Shown here one piece after another: positions 1-14,021 of a stretch of DNA of 64,000 nucleotides. The notes below the pieces were generated by a model, which ran no database searches, was not told the DNA's origin, and saw only the letters and a list, made by a program, of their open reading frames with translations. A program made the translations under genes and the position numbers. The first letter of the stretch is position 1; every line of letters starts with the position of its first letter. Source of the stretch: Phoronis australis. Lineage: Eukaryota; Animalia; Phoronida. The DNA lies in contig NMRA01000409.1 of assembly GCA_002633005.1 (NCBI GenBank), positions 184,407 to 248,406 on the forward strand. The letters are read 5' to 3'.

Positions 1-1277
1 TTTGAGAAGATTTGAAATAAAGTGATTGCGATTGAGAGAGGCCATTCGGGAAAATTAATGGCTAGGGTTATTAGAACTTGCAAGCGAAAACTGATACCGA
101 CCTGTTTTGGCCATTACTGCGTCATAGCGATGATCATCGGTTGTTATTGCATATATACAGCTGTAAGGAATCAGCGGAAATGAACAAATTAGGCAGCAAC
201 CGTGGGTACGTACATTGTAACAGTGATAAGCTAATAATTCATTCCCAAGGTCATGAATTTATACGTATTACGAAACGTTGCAACAATCTGAGGAGATTAG
301 AAAATGGTTTTTCGTGCTCATTAGCCAACTCGTGAGCGCGTTGTCATCAAGACGCGCATTTAAGTAGCCAATCCCTTCAAAACTATTCTAGAAAAACACG
401 CAATGAGGAAACCCCAAGGCATAAATCAACATATCCACCCATTTAGAGAGTGGGCTTAAAAAGCGGAACCAATTTTCGAGGGAGCTTCCATGAAAAGTCA
501 ACCTTTTATAGTACTATGTTCCAGAAACATTACGACCTCTTTCGTTGAGATTCTAGCCTGACAGGAAATAACCCATTAAGTCATTTTGTTAAACATATGT
601 ACATTATGATTTCCTTGGCGATTTTGTTATAATTACTATAATCAATACGCCCAGAGATCATTTGACGTTCCTATCTGTGACAAGCAGAATTGGCACGTAG
701 CGCCGATGTCGACAAACGATGCCAATCGGGACTTTTCAATTGCTTTTGACAACACGCGGAAGTAGACACCGTGTTCCTAGCTATTAAACAAATGAGAACT
801 AGGCAAAGGACACGAGCACTTTTAAGTTTGTAGCGTAAATTGCTGGGAATCTGATATCAAAGCAGCAAAACTCGGTTTAACGGTCGAAAGACCGACAATG
901 TCCATTGTACGTATTCCGGCAATTGCTCCTTTGCGCGGATAATGAAAATCGATGCACTGCGGACCCATTGATTTGAGAGTTATGAATCCCCTAAACCAGA
1001 AGTTAGAAAATGTCACGTAGGCCTAAGCGGTCGTCGGTTCTGTAAGGTGGGAATTGATTTTGGATAGGTGCTTCCAGTTTACTCTTATCTGTGGGCCCCG
1101 GCTTCAAGTCTAGATCAAAACTTTGTCATAGTTAAGGCCGAAGACAAAAAATCATAAAACACCTTTTCACGAACACTAGCCCGCTTCTGGTCTTCTGTCA
1201 GATCGGGTTTTGACCTAAGCGAGCATACAAACTACACTTTCGCCGTCTGTTGCGAATTCACAAAACTAAGAAAGGTG

Positions 1278-1310
<33 letters not shown>

Positions 1311-1324
1311 CGCGCGCGCGCGTG
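1278..1324. repeat. (GT)n(GC)n compound microsatellite
   Basis: Unbroken purine-pyrimidine alternation, read directly. Confidence 0.95.
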
Positions 1325-4300
1325 AGTGTGAAATACGGTTTCAGAATAATAATGTTGGCCTAAATGAGGTTTATTTACAACACTTGGGATGCAACTGAGA
1401 TCTCGCCTACGTAAGAAGACTCATCTATCACTGGAAATGTCATTTCATACATGTAAGTGTTCTGGTTGGTAGCACTTCATTGGTTACTTCTACGAGTCAA
1501 CGTAACTTTTAGTTGACGGTTTTCGAATCGAAAGAGGACGATGTTTAGTTTTTTTATTGTTTTCTGTTATACAGAATTTGTTAAATGCACGACACTTTTC
1601 ATTGTTCACAGTCTTTATTCCGTTGCGTTCATAATTTCGGAACAAAACTCTACTCTCAACTGAACATAGATACAGTAACTGACCTAGCGACATAATTTAT
1701 TGTTTAGGGATATTAAATTCAACGCAGTTATCATTGACTGTAGTCTCACTCTGGTCTTGGCTTAGACCGATTTCGATCTTTCTTCTGGTCTTAAGAAACT
1801 TCATAAAACGAGACTAGCCCGATTTCGGACTAAGTCAAGACACAAAAAGGCTTATGAAATGCATCCCTGTTTCCAGTTGCCTGAAACAGTCCCAAAAGGG
1901 GACTAAATCTATTGCATGTTCGTGGGTTTGTGAAAAGACCGGTTGTCCTATCTTATGCTGTTTTTGAGTTTCATTCGTTACCAAGTCAATTTTTGGCATT
2001 GATACAAAGCGAGAGTGACCTCTTCGTTGAATTCTAAGTATCACTGAAAATAAGTACCGATCTTACCATGCAACGACTCTTATTTAAGCACTAAGTCCCT
2101 AATTATTTAGATTGAACTAAGGGCTCAGTTTTTAGTTATATTATTAGAAAATTGAAATAGTCTAAGAGGAGATCATAATGAAGATAATATGATAGAAAAA
2201 AGACTACATGTGAAAGTAAAGAACGAAGCAAATGCGCAAAAGATTTAGGTAAATTAGTTGAATCCCTGTTTGGAACTGTTCCATGCAACCGTGCACACAC
2301 TCTTTAACCACTAAAATGAAGTGATCTCTGCACAACCTAATTCTACATCGACTAGTACTGATGTATTGGATGACGTCACAGAGTATCCGTAATAATTTCA
2401 ATGACTCATAAAATCCAAAATTTCTGTGTTTGAGTGCCGTAATGGCGCAGATCTGTTAGGCAATGTTCGGCACGATGTGTACACTTGTTCATGGAAACGC
2501 CTTAAAACATAACCTCTTTCATAGTATGTTTTCTTAAAAAAGTATTTAATACCCCATTTATCCTAGGCACATTTTAGAGCAAAAATGACAATTCAGGAGA
2601 AATGCTTACAATTAGGGGAGAAATCATTGACGACATTGGAGAATCAGGTGAAGAATTGGATAGCTTAAATGAATGATAATTCAGGGAGAAACTGGCATCC
2701 GTTTGGTGACGATATGCGAAGAATTTATATTGATTTAAGGCAAAACTGATAAAAATCCGCGGAGATGATTCGAGAAAAAATTTTTATGACGATTTGGGAG
2801 ATATTGCGTACCCTAATTTGCCCGCGGCACATCCGCTAAAGCAAATAGAAACAAACCGCTTCATGAACCAATTACGTCAGAGCAAAATAGGTGACCATGT
2901 CTTTTCCCCAGTTGGCACTGTAAATTTCACCACGCGAAAACCAAACTCTCCTCGATATCTATGTTAATGAATATAACGCATACGTTGGATCGTACCTGAT
3001 AAATTAGTTAACACATTTTCGAGTCAGTAAATTCCTTAGACCATAAGAATTAACCTTATTATGCTGAAATCTATTGATTTGTGTGTTTTTATCAATGAGA
3101 TTCGTGGAACATGTATTCCTGGGAGCGGACACTAGCATGTGTGTATGTTTGAATAAACCGTTATGAAACTGCAGTGGTAATAGCAAAACGGCTAGGAAGT
3201 GAAATGTGAAAGGCTTTACGGTTGACTTGTCATTGTGTAAATGTATGGCCGTGTGAAAAATACAATGGCACAAAGTTAGAAAAATAAATATTCGACAAAT
3301 TTCGACGATTGTGGGTCCATATTCAACTCATTTGTACTCACATATGAACTATTTCCAATCATTGTCAAGCGAATAGGCCGTGCCTAAAACGTCGACAGTA
3401 TGTCCTAGTCAGCAAAAGCTAAATCACTCCTTTCTAGCTTTGGCAATTTCTTGGAGCAAAATGTTGTGGGATACCGAAATGGAGTTGATTTGTCCGGGTC
3501 CGCAAAAACGATTATGTGTCCTTGAAAATTACCACCTTTTGAAAGGCTACTTCATTATCTTCGCTGAAGCGAGCTTAAGGAGTTAAAAATATTCCCTGAA
3601 CTTACCATAAAATGGACCAAATATGCGCACATCTCCACGAAACGCGTGGAGCAGGGTAACAACAACGGCCTCAGCTATACTGATTATAGCCCCGGGTTAC
3701 CGTGAAAATCGGCGTGTGTGCCTTCGGCGGTCTTGAATGACAATTTTTCTTGAAACACGATTGTACGTTAGCTGCCTTGTATGTATGATGCTGGAGATCT
3801 AACTGACAACTTTCTGAGTGCTCTCTGAGCTAACACCTTTCAAGATGTGTTGTAGTATAAACAAATAAACCTGTGCTTGGATCTATGATGCACGCCAATT
3901 AAATTAATTAACAATGATCAAAAATTTTTGCTTTTAAAGCAATCATACAACGGAGATGATCTTAAATAAGTGCGATGAAGCGCATTAAGCGTCTGGTTGT
4001 GGCAAAACAATATCTTACGGAAATCTCCGTCTTGGAGGCTGCTCATTTTGCAATTGTTGAGGAATTCACAGTGTGCTTCCATTCAGGAAATCTATAATCA
4101 ATTAGAAAGGTATTTTGTTATCATATGTACGCCGACCATTTACATTATTTTGAAATTTGATTTATATTCTTGCTGAACAAACTTGATTTACGGCATCCAT
4201 TATTTAAGTGACATTTGAAAGAAAAGCGCATGGGCACGATAAATTATTCACAGGCAGATATTAGAGGAAAATGACATTAGTTCAAGCGACTGTACCTATA

Positions 4301-5788
4301 ACAGTTGAGCACCGATGGGATTATTTTACACCAAACATGATTTGTTAACATGGCAGCGGAAATTGGTCCAAAATGAACGCGAGATGTTTCGACGTTGTCT
4401 CAAGTTGTGCCTTTTACTTATTCCTGTGGAAATTGGTGCGGGTGTGTGCACAAGAGGGTCGCATTAACAAGTTAGAATGGGATTACATGGCAATGATCGT
4501 TCGCAGTCTTCTGTCTGAAGCTCATCTATAAAGTTAACACAGTCTCTTTGTTTACTGCGCTTGTATTAAATGATTCAAATTTGTCCTGCATACCTTACCT
4601 CCATAGTATGCTGTTTAGAGAATATTTAGAATAATATACGCCCAAAGTAACAACAAAATATTGGTTTAAGTATGTACTTTTAATTTAAAACAATTATGCT
4701 TAGATATCGAAAGTAACGCATGGCTCTTGTGGAGTGAACCAATGATATTCATACAGTCAGGAACTTGGGCACAAAACCGATCACGTGCTTGCGGCCGGAA
4801 CGAGTCTACGAGTGCAAGCAATATGTGCCTCCCTCCTAGTCTGACATTGAGGTTACTGTTTAGTACTCGCCATTATGCTAAGTACGCATTTCTGCCACAG
4901 CAACCTTTTCTGGTGTTATGGACCCTCAATGAAGCAAGACTATGGGATTTAAGATTTATTTCGCGAAGAATTCCATAACTTTAGGTGACGTCACATGAAT
5001 TACGACTGGGTAATATTATATTTGTAACTTCCTCAAAAATGACGGCTGGCGAGGGAAGCTCAAGCGAAACTCTACAGAATTTCATGGATATTTTCAGATT
5101 ATGCTAATTTAATTTTCTTCAGGGTCATGATATGAGTTAACTGTATGTTATTGCTTTTTCATTCAATTTTTATACCATTTCATTTGCTATATTTTTAAAC
5201 GAGTAACTTTTAACAGGAAGTACTGCCGCTTCTGGTCAGGCCACTGATGCCAGCCTAGAGAGAATGCAACTGCCTACAACGAGCGCTGAATTCATGCATC
5301 ATTCGTATCATTTAGTTGTCATTACGTTTACAGGGGACGAAATGACATGCACTACAACATAAGACAGGAAATAAATCCAAAGTACGCTGACAAGGCGAAG
5401 CAATCGGGTCACACTGACTGCCCGAGCAATTTCGACCTGGCCTAATGGCGCCCAGAATAATTTGCCCCATCTCGGATGCGGTACAAAATACTTTAATTCC
5501 GCGAAACCGGTTCTTCTACTTCGGTATGGAAAAAAACTATTGCCGTTGATTATCTCCAGTACCAACTTACCTATCTGTCTGTGTGTTTTATTCGACTTCA
5601 GAAATAGCTCGATGTACTCGCAATGTTACCCCTGTTTGTGTGCGAGTGTACAGACTCACTGTTTATAGAGAAGAAGTAAACTGGATAAAGAAACTTTAAC
5701 CTGAATTCTGATCCTAGAATTGCTAACTCAGTCAAACACATTTAATATATTGTAAATACGTTTTCGTGTTATCTATTAAAGCATAGAT

Positions 5789-5890
5789 TATAGTACATGG
5801 ACCGCCAACTCCGTATACTTTCAATGGACGAAATCTGCTGTTTCGCACAACCCGTTACGTCATTATTCACTAACGTCACCTGGCCAAATT
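5789..5890 (+). repeat. Dispersed repeat shared with 39869-39970
   Basis: TATAGTA...CCAACTCCGTATA.TTTCAATGGACGAAATCTG...TATTCACTA.CG.CACCTGGC occurs at both loci. Confidence 0.75.
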
Positions 5891-6041
5891 ATCTTTTACT
5901 TTTTATGAACTTCAGTCGCACTTCACGCAATTTTTTATGAATTTACCTTAGTTGGCTACAGACTGACCCATTTTTATAAAAACTCGCAACGCACAGAAAC
6001 GTTTACACAACTTACGCCCTGTAGCCTACGCAGGTCCTGGA

Positions 6042-6200
6042 GGAGACGGTGTGACCTAGTGTGATAGCTGCCTGACTTCTTTACTAGAGGTCGGGGGTTA
6101 GAATCCCACTGGGTCACACTTCCAAACCCGTGAGTCAGGTTTCAAGCTCCTCAGCTCGGTTTTAACTCTATATTAATAAAGCATGCAAATGGTACCTAGT
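6042..6200 (+). mobile_element. tRNA-derived SINE (5' part)
   Basis: A-box-like TGACCTAGTG and B-box-like GGTTAGAATCCC in a tRNA-like head with no clean cloverleaf, followed by an AAATGGTACC body motif typical of metazoan SINEs. Confidence 0.6.
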
Positions 6201-7689
6201 GTTCTGTGCAATGGGCGCACGTGCACTGCCTGTGCACGTCTGGTGACGTATATCAGACAGTCTGCAATTATATTTATGCAGCTCCTGATACGAATGAGCT
6301 AACGCACGCTGCATTATCGGACCAAAACGCATTATCGGATCGCATGATTATACATGCGTGTATGCAGTGATCTTAAGCACCTCATTAGAAAGAAAGCGGG
6401 CAAAATAAAACACGATGATCGCTAGGACAGTCAAGGTGGAAACGAGTAGCGTGTTGCCCAAGGCAAATCATCTAAATAAAACAAAATTAAAGCGCGCTTA
6501 TTACATATTTAACGAAGTCAGCTTTAAACTTTGTAAAGACTGGGAGATGGCGTGGGCCTTCATTGATGGAAACAGGACGGTCCAAAAAGTGCAGCCCTTA
6601 CAAAACTCCTCTGCATCCTAATCCGTTGTGTTGGACATGCTGGCTGCAACGAAGTCCTTTTGTCACGGTTTCTACATAAATCACACCATGAGCATTCCAA
6701 TTTCCTTGTCATGTTACCTCTTATTGATTCGGACTTTGTTTGGGGAGCTTCCATTTGCTTATGCGAAACACCAACTTGAATATGATACCTGGTTTCTGTT
6801 ACTATATATGCAGCTTGGTGGTTAATTGGATACAGAAACCATTAGACGTTGGTTTCCCAACAGCTGCGCTGCTCCCCATGATACACAGATACATGTTAGA
6901 TGCAGGCTACAGTTTACTAATTTTTTAACTTCACGCATTTACTACATGTATGTTTTAAATAAACGTGCGGTACATATTTTTAGGTAAACGCGGGAAGTTA
7001 TGGGGGGCACACAGTGATGCACTGTTTTGAGAGTGGCGGAATAATAACCTTCTCAGTTAGACCAAAGATTTTATAGATATAGTATCTTTGGTTAGACGCC
7101 GAACTCGCAATTGTGCACTTAAAGACTGTATCTGTTTAGAAATGTTTGTTTTGATTGTACATTAGGCCGCTCGTAGGTTTACTCTATGTGCACCCAAGTC
7201 TCCAACGAATTTATCGGCACATTAAAGACTTTACAGAGCCATCACACATCGAGGTGAGCTTATCGCTATTCATTGGCTTTGCCGAATGTGTATTGGGTGG
7301 ACTAATTGTAGCCGCAGCCAATGCTCCTGTTTAGCGTACTAGTTTCAGAGTCAACAAATAAGTAAGGCAGACGACCAAAATGACATTTTTGAAATTGAAA
7401 AGTAAATATAAACCGTCTTCTGGTTTTTAAAATCGGTGCATTATAAGAAATATTATAGCGAATACGTTTTCTTCATCAGCGCGACTCAGCCACGCGTGAC
7501 CTGGCTTTTCTCAAGAGAAACTTGGTCTACCGAACGTTGCGCTATGTAAATGCATGCATTCAGGTAGTTACGAGGGATCGTTAGCCCATAAACACCCCTG
7601 TTCTCGATGTTTTCCGATGTTCAAAAGAGAGAATGAAGAAACATGTAAAAACAAAATCCGGTAAAAATGTTTTTTTTTTTTTTAAACGC

Positions 7690-8390
7690 TGGCTTTCGAG
7701 CCTAATGGGTGTTGCCCTTCATGGCGTATGTGACCCATGTCTTTTGTAAGATCGTCGTTCTCGTTGGTGTTGAAAAACAAAATCATTGATATATCTTTGG
7801 GACTCCTGGTCTGGGTACGTGTTGTCAAGATTCCCACACACAGACCATGAGGTTACCGTTGCTGCGGTCTTGCGAGGTGAAATGACCCGCCACCGTAAGC
7901 GAGCATGCGCGCACCCAGGGGGGCCTCGGGGGCCTCGAATGAGCCCTCCTTTGGCGAAGTGGGCAAAAAGGTCCGCTTCTGAGAATCAAAAAGTCCGAGA
8001 AAATGAGACAAAATCCCACTAAACAAGCACAAACACGCAATTCACAACCGCTATTTTGTTACCAAAAGATCCACAACATCAGGAATTCGAGCCCTCCCCC
8101 CCATATTGAAGACTAGGTGCGCGCATGGCGAGGAACCGTCGCGGATAGTTTTACGATGTCCATTGAGACGAATGTGGACAAGAAAGCCGGTCTCAACTGT
8201 ATAATAGGCCTGAGGACAGAGACTGCAACAAATGATGTATATAATGCTAGATGACTTATACGTAAATGGACTTGTGATTGTGAATTTTTTGTCACTGAGG
8301 TGTTGAACTTTGACCTCAGAATATGCTGGCAAGTGAGTCGTCTGGGTTTATTGCGCGGGAAGGTACCACTCAGTAGCGAGTGTATCATTG
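7690..8390 (-). mobile_element. Decayed Penelope-like retroelement, GIY-YIG endonuclease region, interrupted by a MITE
   Basis: Minus strand reads GTFPRNKPRRLTCQHI, then after a frameshift FTYKSSSIIYIICCSLCPQAYYTVETGFLVHIRLNGHRKTI. Removing the MITE continues it as DGSSLTVAGHFTSQDRSNGNLMVCVWE and later HPLG. This matches the PLE pattern FTC.S.N.IY.I.C..C...YVGET....R...H....VA.HF. Confidence 0.8.
7904..8127. mobile_element. MITE family A (TIR CATGCGCGCACCCAG), 5-bp TSD GCGAG
   Basis: TIRs at both ends; GCGAG at 7899-7903 and 8128-8132. Homologous, in inverted orientation, to the copy at 42439. Confidence 0.85.
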
Positions 8391-9144
8391 GTTACGACTT
8401 TTCTGCTAGTTAATCGAATGCTTATATGTAGCTGTTTACATGTCAACGTAGGAGGTTCGGAGTAAGTAGTGGCAAGTTTGGGATCACCAAAACGGCGGTC
8501 ACTACCTATTCTCATTTCCTTCTCTTTAGTAATTTTCTCTCTTCCTCACCTTTATATAGTTCAGAACAGGTAGGCACAAGAAAGCAATTCGTGCCCTTTG
8601 CGTTCATACCAGACGAAAGGCCGAACACATAATTTTCGAAAGCCAGTGTTTTAATAAATATTTTTATGGGATTTGAAAGTGTTTTACCAGTTTCTACATT
8701 GCCTCATTTTATACTGTCTTGACATATGTCATTTTTAATTAAAAAGAGATGTTTTCCTCATCGCCACCTGGAGACTATCTAGTCGTCTACTAATTTGCTC
8801 TGTGTGTTAAAGTTATGACATTTCTCCTTTTTACCGTTGGTTATCGATGAAGCTCGCCGATAATGAATTGAAACGTAATGACCTGCCAAACCCCCAGTTT
8901 AACCATTTCTGTACTGCCATGATGGACAATTCAATTCTAAGCGCCCCTTTGTCTGGCCACTGCCAGTTCCCCTCTTGTCATGACTCAAGATCTGTCGACT
9001 TTAGTGTCTTTGCTGCTACTCCTTTATTATAAATATTAATAAAGTTTTATAAAACGAAAATGAAACGATAATTTAGAAAATTATAACAGAGCTTTAGACA
9101 TCTTGTCTTGAACATTTATATCATACGAAATTTGATCATATATA

Positions 9145-9290
9145 CCCCTCCATTCCCCCCTCCCTCCCTTCCTCCACCCCTCACTCCCTCTCTCCCCCAT
9201 CTCTCCCCCCTCTCCCCGCTTCCTCGCCCCCCTCTGTTCCCTCTCTCTCTCTCTCCACCCTCTCTTCCTCCCTCACCCCCACTCTTTCTC
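9145..9290. repeat. C/T-rich low-complexity tract
   Basis: Almost pure pyrimidine on the + strand; explains the Pro-rich ORF 9108..9305. Confidence 0.9.
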
Positions 9291-12200
9291 GGTTGTTTTT
9301 GCTAAAAAGGCAAGGTAACGTGACCAAACTGGTGTTTCACTGGTATAAAGTCAAAAATCAAATTTTACAGATCTTCTACTTTCAGAAAATATTTACGTTC
9401 ACTAACCTAAATTCTATAGTTTTATAGACATTTGGCTTAATGGACAGACTTGTCGGTAAGAACCTACATATCCTTAAAGAGGAATTTGTGATACATTGCT
9501 GGAGGTTTTCCTTCACCGAGTGGTATATATTTTGGGATCATTTAAAAACAAATGTAAAGTCACCATCCAGATGACATGAAAGCCTTAAAAGAGTCCGATT
9601 TCGGTAAAGCCTGCACCACTTTAGCATTTTGTGGTGTCTAAAAGTCAATATATTGACTTCGGTGAAGGTCAGTAACCGTATAGTATTGTCTCTGGCATTT
9701 TGACAGCTGGAGACTTTATGACTTCATGATATGTTCCTATTACATAATAATGGATATCAACACTAGGACGGAAATGAGACTTTCGATTTTCGTTTTGCGC
9801 ATTGGGAATGCAATTTGAACGTATTTAGAATTTAAGTGTTACGTATAGAAAATTGAATTACGGAAAGCACCTCGATGGACAAACACGTGTGCACTATCTC
9901 ACGACAGGACGTCACGTAATTTAATGCGGTGAATACATGTTTTCCTTAAAATGTAATTCAAGAAATATTTCGGCCGCGTTTCATGTCTCTATCGTTAAGT
10001 TAATGTGAAGATTTTCTGATGTTTCATAACACGGGTACAAACAACGCAGCCAGCAGGTTATCCGATTTTATTCGAGACTACATAGCAACCGGTTGGAAGT
10101 CCTTTTCTGGAACCGTGTATGTTTCAGGCACTTGAAAGGTGTTCCTTTACATTCGCGAATTTAGAATTCAGGATGATTTTCGTCAGATGTGACTAAAGTA
10201 ACGTTCAGCTCTGTTTGTATTTGCCTTATATTACTATTAAATTTTTGCCTTAAAATACATTTTATGAAGATTTTTACTAAAATGAAGTGGAAATGGTTTC
10301 TTGAATCTGCTCAATTGTCATGCGCGTATGTTTCACCGCCACGTGGAAGGAGATGTATAATGACCAATTGTTCCACGGTGCTCTTAATCACTTAGGCTAC
10401 TAAAAGGGAATAATTTTGCATTACAATACAACGACAGCGTGAACGTAAACATTGCAGTGAGCTCATGGTTGGACAAGTAGGAATACAAGTTGGAGTCAAT
10501 AAACGGTTGATTTTCCTATTTCCTAGGATTGCGGGCATTTGTCTAATCAATTGAAAGGTTTTATATTACATTGCTCTGCACAAACACCCCGGGTGGTAAC
10601 ATTGACAGAGCAACCATTTAAACGAAGCTCTGTATCCTGTTCTTTAATCAATGTGGAATATTCTTACGTATTCAGACCCATGCGCCTATATCCGAGATTA
10701 TAACACTTTTTTCATGGAACACATTTTTGGAGGAGCTTTGAATATAGGCGCATGCGCCTATACTTCCCTTATAGGTGCTAGCGCTTACACGTTGCATGTT
10801 TAAAGAGTCCCTGTACGAGAAAGTCGTGCAACGGTGGCATTATCACGTAACACAGGTTTTTGACAAAAAGCAATTTTGAGTGCTTGGGTACCGAAATCGA
10901 TGGACAAGTCGATAGTTTCCGTTAAAAATCGTCGTTTCTATGTCTTAAGAAGCTGGCACCCTGTAGTGCAGATGTTTACTGGTTGATTTTGAAGGGGCCT
11001 GAAACTTCACGCTAACCTACGTTGTTTTCGCAATGTGAAATAAAACGACAGAAATCGAGATGATGAAAGAAGAATGAATGAAATTTGTCTTGCCGAAGCG
11101 AGTTGCAACTCCGAAATGACTCGGGAGATTCCCGCAACGATTAAGAAGATGAAACTCAGACTTATCGGCAGCGTTCAAACGAATCCATTTCAACAGGTAC
11201 CATAACCAGGGTGTTCCATAAGAACTGGAATCCCGGTGTTAAACAAATATCCCGAAGTCGAAAACAGCCCCCAGGACCTTCCAATCAGCTAATCAGCCCG
11301 AAAAAAAAAACGAAACCCGACCTTCAAAACAGGAACCCCGGACAATTTTTCCATTTTTCTGAAGCGATGTCAGTTTAGCTTAAGACTTTGAGTTAAAGCA
11401 TCTTCAAGTACTTTCCAGTTGTTTTCTACATTTGTTTGTAAAACAATTGTCAATAATAAAACGTATCTTATATCATGTTGACATTATTATTTGACTGTTA
11501 TCGGTAAAACCTGTGCAACTTGCCTGTGGTCGAATTTCAATACAATCAGTGCGTAGCTGAGGGAAATAGAACTGAAGTAGGTGAAAATAGAGAATCCTAC
11601 AGGAGGCGCAGGTTGATGACATGGGCAAAACCTCTTGGAAATTTTGTCAAAATCACGAGGCTTGCCGAAAAACTCGACGTGTCTAAAACTTTCAACTGCA
11701 CGACGCAACTTTCGCAAAGACACACTTGCGCAATGAAACGTAATCCCAGTTACTTTTTGTTCATAGTTTTTTTAAATATAACAATTGTAAATATCATTTA
11801 GCTTTTGCAAAAAACGTTCAAGTAGGAATCTCATACATACTTTTTGAAGTTGTAACAATAAAACTTGATAAATGTTTATAAATAACACAGTCGATATTAC
11901 CGTAACCCGTGTGTAAAAATAATTTAGTCGCGTAGGTTTAAAGCGTTTGCAATGTGCTTTTCCAGGCTCATACGCGTGTATAAGAAATTATGCTTTTAAA
12001 GGAATTTTATATTCAAGTATTCTTCATATTATAAGCTCATTCGCCTGAGCCTCGGTCTGCGTGGGCGGCTATCCCTAGCATATGTGCAACTCTTAAACTG
12101 AATGCTATTTGTTTGCTTTTTCCATTCTCCGTATTTTTTATTAATTATCGTGTTATTGAATACATATCAACGCCTACTACTTTGCAATAGATAAGTCAAC

Positions 12201-14021
12201 TCTCACACATATAGTGGTTTAGAAATTTGCTTCTCGGTTTTACTCAAGTGTTTCACAAGTGCTGCGCAACTCACGTAGTATCTAGAGCATGTGTCACTCA
12301 AAGTATAGCCTTAGACGGTTAGCCAGCATTGTTCCCCTTGCAAATATTTCATGGTAAAAAATGTTACGTCGTGTGTCAATCAATATCTCCCAAGTTTTCA
12401 CCCAAACATGTCCACACTTAGGTTCGGAAATATGTCTTGATAGGGGATGTAGGGCTAGATTGCCGAAGCCATTTTGGGGTAGTACCCAAGGTGTGAGCCT
12501 AGATCAATGCAATTATTAAGACACCTAACAAGTTGACCAAAATCCGACGCCGTCTCGTAGCTGTCGCAAATATAGCTGCAAATGAGCATAGATGGTTTCT
12601 GATATTAGCTGCAACTATTAATATAGAAAAAACACTTGGCGGACCAAGAGCGTCATGAGGGATGAAGCACTCCACCTGGCGACCAAAGAAAGTGCATGAC
12701 TTCAATGATCAGTCTTGTTGGCAAAGAACTCTTGAATGCGCCATAACATAACTCGGACGATAGCGATCGCTTTCAAAAAAAACAAGGCGGTATCAAATAA
12801 TACGTCGAAAAGTTAAACGGATGTCTCTTCCTCAGGTCTTCTCAACACCAGAGGCCACTAAGCCACTGAAATATGCCTCAAATCTTTCCATTTAGTGATA
12901 GAAAATGTTTTTGTTTGTTTGTTTCGAAACACGTCATTCAGAGCATTTGGAAATAACGAGTGTCAAACTGTTACCAAATTTGACAGGTGTGTGTCAGTCA
13001 TCGCTCCCAATACTGGTCCGTTTCCAATCGAACTCAGGTGATATGATTAATTTGTAGTTTAGTAGAAGTTCTATAAATGTGAGGACGTTGTTACGACATG
13101 TTTAAAAAATGACGAGTGTCAGGTTATTTCATTATTTCCGTGTAAAGTAAGTGCGAAAGAAAGTCCAAAAACTTACCTCTGTTTTCTCACGTAAGCAAAT
13201 TTAGTGTCAAGACACGTCTGTCGGTAACTCGAACGGCTGCAGAACGCGCTAGACTGTACCACGCAAAGGAAAGTAATGGCCGAACTACTCGTCGAAAACA
13301 GAATCTCCGTGTATTGTGACAATGAACTGGAAATGGAAATAAGGAATGCCGTGTGACACGATCGAAGGCAATTACTTATTGAAGTTAGCGCTCTGAGCGA
13401 GACTGCCACTTAGTTTTCAGTGAGGGTAACTGGTGGAGTAATCCCACCATGGTAAAAGACTATGCAAGCGTGTTGTTTTGCCAAATCTGTTATAAACATT
13501 GACGTGCTTGTTGTGTAACACAAGAAACGTTTCAATCAATTATATGAAAATAGCATCGATTCTCAAAAATAAATAAGCAGGATAAGAAAGGACCTCGAAA
13601 TTCATGTAACAATGCGGCGCTTCTGAAACGAAACACCTTACCTGTAGAAATGCGTGCCGATGTCTGACAGGACCACGTGCTGGTAAACAATGGCCCGTTT
13701 CGTCACCATAGGTACGAGTGAATTAATGAGGTCACAGACAATACATCAGAACCTTCTCGCGAACTCTTACTTACTCCTCAAACTCGCAAGTAACTAACTT
13801 TACAATACGCAGCCCGGCGTTGGGCACTCAGTTTTTTTCAGATAACAAAACGTGGGTCCTTTTTCATTAGCACAGTACACATTCATGGTGAATACACAGT
13901 TTCCCCGGCATTACTGGAAAATAATGAATATTTGATTTTTTCCAAATATTCAAAGTCTAAGAGAATTAAACGGTTAATTTCTTAAGTAAAATGTAAATTT
14001 CCCATTCACAGGATGTACATG

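Noticed and set aside
6042-6120. Functional tRNA gene
   Set aside because: The B-box is mutated (GGTTAGA), there is no proper acceptor stem or anticodon arm, and the sequence continues into a SINE-like body.
6415-6928. Crypton-type tyrosine recombinase remnant (GFYINHTM)
   Set aside because: Only a partial resemblance to TNHSLR; the catalytic Arg and downstream GH motif are absent.
7455-7485. Hammerhead at the 3' side of the Penelope fragment (minus-strand CTGATGAAGAAAACG)
   Set aside because: No stem II between the core boxes; at most a deleted relic.
9108-9305. Proline-rich protein
   Set aside because: Translation of a C/T low-complexity tract lying among family B repeat fragments.
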